A stretch of DNA of 64,000 nt. Origin: Candidatus Eiseniibacteriota bacterium (GTDB taxonomy: Bacteria > Eisenbacteria > RBG-16-71-46 > CAVPCR01). Below the pieces are notes generated by a model, which was not told the origin of the DNA, ran no database searches, and saw nothing but the letters and a program-made list of their open reading frames with translations. Made by a program: the position numbers and the translations under genes. Below are positions 57,487-64,000 of this stretch, one piece after another. Positions within the stretch are counted from its first letter, which is position 1. Every line of letters begins with the position of its first letter. Location: positions 788,214-852,213 of the forward strand of contig CAWGMA010000003.1 of assembly GCA_963823555.1 (NCBI GenBank), written 5' to 3'.

Positions 57487-58587
57487 CTACTCCTTACGAG
57501 AAACACCCGTCGCGGGGGCTGCCAGTTCCGCGGGCGGGATGAAGCGGTGCACGACCTCGACCAGGTGCCCCACCTGCTCCGGGGGGGTCGTCAAGTGGAC
57601 GCCGTGGCCCAGGTTGAAGATGTGGCCGAGCCCGCCGCCGCCGGCGAGGATGGTGTCGGCGCGCTCGGCCAGGAGCTCGGGGGGAGCGAGCAGGAGCGAA
57701 GGGTCGAGATTGCCCTGCACCGGGCGCCGCCCGAGGCGGCGGCGGGCGGCGGTCATCTCGACCGTCCAGTCGAGACCGATGACGTCGCTCCCGACCTCGG
57801 CGATCGCCTCCAGCATGCCGCCCGAGTGGCGGGCGAAGTAGACGATGGGGGTCCCCGGAGCGCGCCGGCGCACCGTCTCCACGATCGCGCGCAAATGCGG
57901 GAGGCCGAAGGTTGCGTAGTCGACGGGGTCGAGGAGGCCGGCCCAGGTGTCGAAGAGCTGCACGATGTCGGCGCCGGCCTCGATCTGAGCGACCAGCGAT
58001 CCGGCGACCACCTTGGCCAGGCGCTCGAGCAGATGATGTCCGGCCATTGGGTCGGCATGGAGGAGACGCTTGAGCGCCATGAAATCCTTGCCGCCCCCGC
58101 GGCCCTCGCACATGTACGTGGCGAGCGTCAGCGGCGCGCCGGCGAAGCCATAGACGGCGGTGGAATCGCCCAGAGCGCGCTTGATGCGCAGCACCGATTC
58201 GGCGATGTACTCCAGTCCACCGCCGTTCTCCGGAACGCGCAGGCGCTCGATGTCGGCGCGCGTGCTGAGCGGCGGGTCGAGCACCGGACCGGGATCGAAG
58301 GCCAGGTTCATGCCCATGGCTTCCGCTGGCATCATGATGTCGGAGAACACGATGGCGGCATCGAGCGGAAACCGGCGGAGCGGTTGCAGGGTGAGCTCGC
58401 AGGCGATCTCCGGGGTTTTGACCGCCGTCGCGAAGTCGACCTCGGCGCGCACCTGCCGGTACTCGGGCAAGTAGCGCCCGGCCTGGCGCATGATCCAGAT
58501 CGGCACGCGGTCCACAGGCTCGCCCCGCGCCGCGCGCAGCACGCGCTCGCGCCCGTTCATGGTGTGCGGGACCGCTGGCGCTGTCAT
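57487..58587 (-). CDS. hemE: Uroporphyrinogen decarboxylase
   Basis: WIMRQAGRYLPEY, FSDI, GFAGAP, QLFDTW, QGNLDP, NLGHG. Confidence 0.96.
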   Translation of the reverse strand: MTAPAVPHTMNGRERVLRAARGEPVDRVPIWIMRQAGRYLPEYRQVRAEVDFATAVKTPEIACELTLQPLRRFPLDAAIVFSDIMMPAEAMGMNLAFDPGPVLDPPLSTRADIERLRVPENGGGLEYIAESVLRIKRALGDSTAVYGFAGAPLTLATYMCEGRGGGKDFMALKRLLHADPMAGHHLLERLAKVVAGSLVAQIEAGADIVQLFDTWAGLLDPVDYATFGLPHLRAIVETVRRRAPGTPIVYFARHSGGMLEAIAEVGSDVIGLDWTVEMTAARRRLGRRPVQGNLDPSLLLAPPELLAERADTILAGGGGLGHIFNLGHGVHLTTPPEQVGHLVEVVHRFIPPAELAAPATGVSRKE

Positions 58588-59912
58588 GACCCCTCCACGC
58601 CGAGCGCGGCGCGCGCGGCGGCGCTCGTCCGCTCCAGGTCTTCCATCGTGTGCGCGGCGGAGAGAAAAGCAGCCTCGAACTGCGATGGCGCCAGATAGAT
58701 ACCCCGGTTCAGCATGGCATGGAAATACGAGGCGTAGCGCTCGCGATCAGCACTCGCCGCCGAGTTCCAGTCGGTGACCCGGCCCGCGGTGAAGTAGAGA
58801 CAGAGGAGCGAACCCACACGATTCACCGCGCCTTCGACCCCCGCCGCGGCGAGAGCCTCCCGCATGCCCTGGGCGAGCTTGTCGCCGAGGGTGTCGAGGC
58901 GGGCGTAGAGAGCGGGATCGGCGGCGAGCAGGCGCAGTTGCGCGAGCCCGGCGGCGGTGGCGAGCGGATTCCCCGACAGCGTCCCGGCCTGGTAGACGGG
59001 TCCTTCGGGCGCCATCTGGGCCATGAGGTCGGCCCGCCCGCCGTAGGCGCCGAGCGGGAGTCCACCGCCCAGGATCTTACCGAAGGTCGAGAGATCGGGT
59101 CGGATGCCGTAGAGCTCCTGCGCGCCGCCAAGCCCCAGGCGGAAGCCCGTGATGACCTCGTCGAAGATGAGGAGGGCACCCTCGCGCGCCGTCAGCTGGC
59201 GGAGCCCGGCGAGGAACCCCGGCGCCGGGGCGACCACGCCGAGGTTGGCGGCCACGGGCTCGACGATCACCGCCGCGACCTGTCCGGGATTGGCGGCGAG
59301 GAGCGATTCGACCGATCCCAGATCATTGTAGGTCGCGTTCAGCGTGTCGGCGGCCGTGCCCGCCGTGACGCCCGGAGAGGACGGTGCGCCGAAGGTGGCG
59401 GCGCCCGAGCCGGCCTTGATCAGGAACGAATCACCGTGACCGTGATAGCAGCCCTCGAACTTGATGATCTTGGGGCGACCGGTGGCGGCCCGCGCCAGGC
59501 GCACGGCCGACATCGTGGCCTCGGTGCCCGAGCTCACGAGCCGTACCTTCTCCACCGAGGGTACGCAGCACGAGATGAGCTCGGCCAGCTCGACCTCGCG
59601 CTCGGTGGGCGCGCCGAAGCTCATGCCGTCGCCGGCCGCCTCGCGCACGGCCCGGACCACCTCGGGGTGGGCGTGACCCAGGATCATCGGGCCCCACGAG
59701 CCGAGGTAGTCGATGTACTCGTTGCCCTCGGCGTCCCACAAGCGCGCGCCCCGGGCGCGCGCGATGAAGGGCGGCGTTCCACCCACCGCGCCGAAGGCGC
59801 GCACCGGCGAGTTGACCCCACCTGGAATCACGCGCTTGGCGCGCGTCATCAGATCTTCGCTTCGGGGCAGCGGTCGCCCGGCCGGCGCTGCCGTGTTCGT
59901 CGTTGCCTTCAC
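58584..59912 (-). CDS. hemL: Glutamate-1-semialdehyde 2,1-aminomutase
   Basis: PGGVNSPVRAF, SGTEATMSA, GCYHGH, FDEVITGFR, GKILGGG, QAGTLSGNP. Confidence 0.96.
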   Translation of the reverse strand: MKATTNTAAPAGRPLPRSEDLMTRAKRVIPGGVNSPVRAFGAVGGTPPFIARARGARLWDAEGNEYIDYLGSWGPMILGHAHPEVVRAVREAAGDGMSFGAPTEREVELAELISCCVPSVEKVRLVSSGTEATMSAVRLARAATGRPKIIKFEGCYHGHGDSFLIKAGSGAATFGAPSSPGVTAGTAADTLNATYNDLGSVESLLAANPGQVAAVIVEPVAANLGVVAPAPGFLAGLRQLTAREGALLIFDEVITGFRLGLGGAQELYGIRPDLSTFGKILGGGLPLGAYGGRADLMAQMAPEGPVYQAGTLSGNPLATAAGLAQLRLLAADPALYARLDTLGDKLAQGMREALAAAGVEGAVNRVGSLLCLYFTAGRVTDWNSAASADRERYASYFHAMLNRGIYLAPSQFEAAFLSAAHTMEDLERTSAAARAALGVEGS

Positions 59913-59924
59913 TCCTTCACTCCT

Positions 59925-60980
59925 TCAGCGCGCCTTCGCTTCGCCCTGGGCGAGCGCGCGCGCGATCCTGCGGGCCGCATAGGTGATCACGATGTCGGCG
60001 CCGGCGCGGTGGATGGCGAGCACGCTCTCGCGCTCGATGGCCTCGCCGTCGATCCAGCCGTTGGCGGCGGCGGCCTGGATCATGGCGAACTCACCCGATA
60101 CCTGATAGGCCGCAACCGGTACGCCGAAGGTCGTCTTCACCCGGTGGATGATGTCGAGGCAGGGGAGGGCCGGCTTGACCATGACGAGATCCGCCCCCTC
60201 CTCGAGATCGAGGGCCACCTCGCGCAGCGCCTCGTCGGCGTTTGCCGCATCCATCTGGTAGGCGCGCCGGTCGCCGAAGCGCGGCGCCGATTCCGCCGCC
60301 TCGCGGAACGGTCCGTAGAAGGCCGAGGCGTACTTGGCGGCGTAGGAGACGATCACCGTGTCCGGGAGGTGGGCCGCATCCAGCGCATGGCGGATGGCTC
60401 CGACGCGTCCGTCCATCATATCGCTCGGGGCCACGATATCGGCGCCGGCCCGGGCATAGGCGAGAGCGGCGGCGGCGAGCAGCGGCAGCGTGGCGTCGTT
60501 GTCCACCGTATCCCCGGAGAGCACGCCGCAATGACCGTGATCGGTGTACTCGCAGAGACAGACATCGGCCCATACGAGGAGGTCGGGCAGCGCCTCCTTG
60601 AGCGCCTTGATGGCGCGCGGGACAATGCCGTTCGGTGCGTAGCCCTCGGTGCCCCGCGCATCCTTGTGTTCCGGGATGCCGAACAGGATGACGGCGGGTA
60701 CGCCGTCATCGTGAGCGGCGCGCGCCTCGGCGACCAGGCGGTCGATCGAGAGCTGGGAGCAGCCGGGCATGGCGGCGATCGGCTTCTCGACATCATTCCC
60801 CGGACAGACGAAGAGCGGGTACACGAGCCCTTCGCGGCGGATCGCCGTCTCCCGCACCATGGCACGGAGCTGGGGTGTGCGGCGGAGGCGGCGCGGGCGC
60901 ACGGTGGGGAAGCTCGTCGCCGTGGTGGGTACGTCCGCCGGAGCGGGTGGTTGATGAGTCGCTACCATCTTCGTCGTCAT
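59925..60980 (-). CDS. hemB: Porphobilinogen synthase (Zn-type)
   Basis: RPRRLR, DVCLCEYTDHGHCG, SDMMDGR, YGPFREA, MVKPA, YQVSGE. Confidence 0.96.
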   Translation of the reverse strand: MTTKMVATHQPPAPADVPTTATSFPTVRPRRLRRTPQLRAMVRETAIRREGLVYPLFVCPGNDVEKPIAAMPGCSQLSIDRLVAEARAAHDDGVPAVILFGIPEHKDARGTEGYAPNGIVPRAIKALKEALPDLLVWADVCLCEYTDHGHCGVLSGDTVDNDATLPLLAAAALAYARAGADIVAPSDMMDGRVGAIRHALDAAHLPDTVIVSYAAKYASAFYGPFREAAESAPRFGDRRAYQMDAANADEALREVALDLEEGADLVMVKPALPCLDIIHRVKTTFGVPVAAYQVSGEFAMIQAAAANGWIDGEAIERESVLAIHRAGADIVITYAARRIARALAQGEAKAR

Positions 60981-61828
60981 GACACACCTGTCCGGGGATT
61001 GGAGTTTTCGCCGGCCACGAGCGCGGTCCGGAGCGCGGCGAGGATTCCGGCCGGATCGGGATATTCCGCCGTCGAGTCGGCGGGGCGGCCGAGCTCGGCG
61101 AGCCGGGCCGATGTTACCGGTCCGATCGCCACGAGCCGGACGTCCCGGGTGAGCCGGGCGAAGAGCTCGCCTGCGGCGGACGCGAGGGCATCCGCACTGG
61201 ACGGGCTCGTGAGTACGATGGCGTCGAGCTCGCCGCGCTCGATGGCGCGGAGGAGCGCTCGGGCTGAGCTCGCATCGGATCGGGTCGAGTAGGCTTCGAC
61301 CTCATCGACCCGGGCGCCTGCGGTGGTGAGCCCATCGGGCACCGCACGCCGGGCCAGGTTCGATCGCGGGAAGAGCACGCGGGCGCCATGGAGCCGCGTA
61401 CTTTCACGGGCGGCGAGCTCGGCGGCGAGACCCGCGCCATCCTCCCGCTGCGGCACGAAGGCGACGGGAATCGAGCGTTCGGCCAGCGCCCGTGCCGTGG
61501 CGCCGCCGACCGCTGCCACGGCGACGGCCGCCGGCCATGGCGCGGCACCGCGCGCTAGGGCCAGCGCCTCCGCGGCATGAGCGCTGGTTACCACCACCCA
61601 CGAGTAGCGTTCGATTTCGGCCGCCGCCGCCGCGAGCGGAGCCGGATCGCCAGGCGGTTCGATCCGGATCAACGGGATCGCCGTCACCCGCACGCCGAGT
61701 GGAGCGAGGAGCATGGCCAGCGGCTCGGCTTCAGCAGGGGAACGGGAAACGGCGATACGTCTCCCGCGGAGGCCGGATGGGCTCGCCCTGTCTGCATGCT
61801 GTGGTGTTGGCTCCACTCTCGCTCTCAA
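60977..61828 (-). CDS. hemD: Uroporphyrinogen-III synthase
   Basis: TSAHA, AVGGATA, EAYST, TSPSSA, IGPVT; position in the hem operon. Confidence 0.9.
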   Translation of the reverse strand: MRARVEPTPQHADRASPSGLRGRRIAVSRSPAEAEPLAMLLAPLGVRVTAIPLIRIEPPGDPAPLAAAAAEIERYSWVVVTSAHAAEALALARGAAPWPAAVAVAAVGGATARALAERSIPVAFVPQREDGAGLAAELAARESTRLHGARVLFPRSNLARRAVPDGLTTAGARVDEVEAYSTRSDASSARALLRAIERGELDAIVLTSPSSADALASAAGELFARLTRDVRLVAIGPVTSARLAELGRPADSTAEYPDPAGILAALRTALVAGENSNPRTGVS

Positions 61829-61840
61829 TGGCTGTCTCGA

Positions 61841-62782
61841 TCAGGGCGCGATCACGATGCGCCCGACCACCGACTGCTCGCCGGTGGTGAGCTTGAGGAA
61901 ATAGGCACCGGCGCTCACGCGGGTTCCCGAGGCGTCCCGCCCATCCCAGGGAAACGTGACCGGACCGGCGGGGACATGGCCGGCATAGATCTCGCGCACG
62001 ATCCTTCCCGTTGCCGATACCACGCGCAGTCGGACATCCGACGGGCGAGCCAGCTCGGCTGCAATCGATGTCATGCCGGCCGCTGGGTTGGGGAACGCGG
62101 CCAGTCGGATCGTCTCCACCGGCGGAGCCGGCAGGTCGACGACGGCGTTGGCGTTGTTGCTGAGGAAGATGCCGTCGAGTCCGAACTGGCCCACGATCGG
62201 ATCGGCGAGCTGGGAGTACGGGGTCGTGTCGTGCCGCCAGTGCAGGCGATCGGCGGCGGAGAGCGCCAGCGTGTACGGCCCGCCGGGGAAGCTCCTGATC
62301 TGGGTGAAGTTGGTCGAATCGGTCAGATCGACCTCGAACGCCGCCCAGCTGCCCTCGGGAGGGGCGAATCCCTGGTTGTAGAGCCAGAAGTTCCCGGCGT
62401 TGCCGATGACCAGGTGGATCTCCAGGTTCTCATCGGTGTCGACGTCGCTGAGCCAGAACACGACGCGCGTGACGCCGGCGGCAAGGTAGTCGCCGCCGTA
62501 ATCCGGGCCTGCGTTGTAGCAGGCCAGGGGGCCGGCCAGTGGCTCGCGCGCGACCCGGAGGTAGCCGTCTCCGTCGCCATCGCGGCCGCCGGTTCCAGGG
62601 TTCGAGAGCAGGGCGCCGCCGGCGAACCCGGCGGTGCCGCCGATCGCGGGGAACTCCTCGGTGAAACCGAGCGTCGGCCCGGCGAGGGCAGCGCTGGAGA
62701 AAGCAAGGGCCAGGGCGCCGGCGGCGATCCCTGCCAGCAGGTTCTTCCGTATCAAGAGCTTGGGGGTTCGGGACTGGATCAT
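61841..62782 (-). CDS. Secreted protein with C-terminal FlgD-Ig domain, lying between hemC and hemD
   Basis: GAGGAG RBS, signal ending ALA, FPNP...WDGRD...AGAYF. Confidence 0.8.
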   Translation of the reverse strand: MIQSRTPKLLIRKNLLAGIAAGALALAFSSAALAGPTLGFTEEFPAIGGTAGFAGGALLSNPGTGGRDGDGDGYLRVAREPLAGPLACYNAGPDYGGDYLAAGVTRVVFWLSDVDTDENLEIHLVIGNAGNFWLYNQGFAPPEGSWAAFEVDLTDSTNFTQIRSFPGGPYTLALSAADRLHWRHDTTPYSQLADPIVGQFGLDGIFLSNNANAVVDLPAPPVETIRLAAFPNPAAGMTSIAAELARPSDVRLRVVSATGRIVREIYAGHVPAGPVTFPWDGRDASGTRVSAGAYFLKLTTGEQSVVGRIVIAP

Positions 62783-62878
62783 GGTGATGTCTCCTCGTTG
62801 GGGGGTGAGGCCAGGCAAGCACCCTATCTTATCACCCCTGCTCCGCTGGCCGGCGCCGCACCGGGGCGCCCCGTTCCG

Positions 62879-63850
62879 CTAGGACGCGGGCGACCGGGCG
62901 CCGGATCGGAAGGCGGCCTCGACCTCCTTGAGGACCAGGTCGGCCCCGCGCCCGAGCAGGGTCTCGGCGAGCCCGACTCCCACCGCTTCGGGATCGGACG
63001 CGGGCCCAGCGGCTCGATCGCGGAAGACCCGCGTGCCGTCGAGCGCGCATACGACCGCGTCCAGGTGGAGCGTCGTGCCATCGAGGCGACCCAGTGCCCC
63101 GGCCGGCACCTGGCAGCCCCCGCGCAGGCGGCGCAGGAAGGCGCGCTCGGCGCGCACGGCGAGGCGCGTGGGTTCGTGCTCGAGCGGTGCGAGGAGAGCG
63201 CCCAGCGCGTCATCGCCGGAGCGACCCTCGATGGCGAGGGCGCCCTGGCCGACCGCGGGGACGATGACCTTGGACCCGAGCACCTCGGTCACCCGATCCG
63301 CGAAGCCGAGCCGCTCGAGTCCGGCCCGCGCGAGCACGATGGCCGTGATGCCGCCTTCTCCCCGCGTGAGCTTCTCGAGGCGAGTGGGCACGTTTCCTCT
63401 CAGGTTATCGAAGGCCAAGTCACCCCGCACCGCGAGAAGTTGCGCCCTTCGGCGAATGCTCGAAGTTCCGACCAGTGCCCCGTGCGGCAGGGCGGCGAAA
63501 TCCGATCCGTCACGGCTCAGGAAGGCATCGCGCGGGTCGGCACGCTCGGGGATGGCGAGGAGATCGAGCCCGGCCGGGAGCGTCGTCTCCATGTCCTTCA
63601 GGCTGTGCACCGCGATGTCGGCGCCATCCTCGAGGAGGACCCGTTCCAGCTCGCGGGTGAAGAGCCCGCGCTCGCCGATGGCTGAGAGGGCGCGGTCGCG
63701 CACCTCATCGCCCTTGGTCGAGACCTCGATGATCTCGATCTCGAGCCCGGGGTGCGCCGCCTCGAGCCGGCCGGCGACATGGTCGGTCTGCCAGCGCGCA
63801 AGTCGGCTCTTGCGGGTGGCGATGCGGATCCGCAGCGGATTACTGCCCAT
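62879..63850 (-). CDS. hemC: Hydroxymethylbilane synthase (porphobilinogen deaminase)
   Basis: IATRKS.LA..Q, T.GD, VHSLKD, GTSS.RR, RGNV.TR, PAVGQGAL, GGCQVP; the frame stays open upstream to the window end. Confidence 0.95.
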   Translation of the reverse strand: MGSNPLRIRIATRKSRLARWQTDHVAGRLEAAHPGLEIEIIEVSTKGDEVRDRALSAIGERGLFTRELERVLLEDGADIAVHSLKDMETTLPAGLDLLAIPERADPRDAFLSRDGSDFAALPHGALVGTSSIRRRAQLLAVRGDLAFDNLRGNVPTRLEKLTRGEGGITAIVLARAGLERLGFADRVTEVLGSKVIVPAVGQGALAIEGRSGDDALGALLAPLEHEPTRLAVRAERAFLRRLRGGCQVPAGALGRLDGTTLHLDAVVCALDGTRVFRDRAAGPASDPEAVGVGLAETLLGRGADLVLKEVEAAFRSGARSPAS

Positions 63851-64000
63851 TCCAGGAGTCCCCGGGCCCCGGCCCGCACTCGTCCGCATCGGTCCTGGGG
63901 CGACGTGACGCCCGCCCTCCTCGTCATCGAGGCCATCGAGCGCGAACAGCTCGCGCGTGGCGGCAAGCAAGGCGACCGGATTGCCGGCCTCGGGCGCGGG
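63851..64000 (-). CDS. Possible C-terminal tail of glutamyl-tRNA reductase (HemA), in frame with hemC; partial
   Basis: ALLAATRELFALD resembles the HemA C-terminal RELFxL motif, at the usual position upstream of hemC. Confidence 0.4.

Overview
A very GC-rich bacterial chromosomal segment. Five secreted proteins end in FlgD-Ig/T9SS-like C-terminal domains and one ends in a TWGxxKxxY tail, which suggests an FCB-group candidate lineage such as Eisenbacteria, Krumholzibacteria or Latescibacteria (inference). 1-22 kb: MATE transporter (partial), M20 dipeptidase, radical SAM, ParB-like protein, DUF1684, S8 and M14 proteases, Thr/Ser dehydratase, NlpC/P60, NRDE, an 892-aa GreA-family protein, and a PPIase with three HupE/UreJ genes. 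22-39 kb: HAD-ECH fusion, tRNA-Pro(TGG), Ku followed by a BRCT-MerR-TPR protein (no ligD in the window), and a tightly coupled nurA-herA-sbcD-sbcC operon. About 38.7-49.0 kb is an accessory stretch: a membrane protein, a decayed queC-like pseudogene, a GAACGCGTTTGC repeat cluster, a 56-bp copy of an internal hemG segment, an IS91-like transposase remnant, an ECF sigma with a kinase-STAND-TPR partner, and a collapsed sufB remnant. 49-64 kb: heme biosynthesis genes (possible hemA end in frame with hemC, then hemD, hemB, hemL, hemE, hemN, and frameshifted hemH and hemG), interrupted by secreted proteins and a pnp gene. All calls come from motif reading by eye; no database searches were run.
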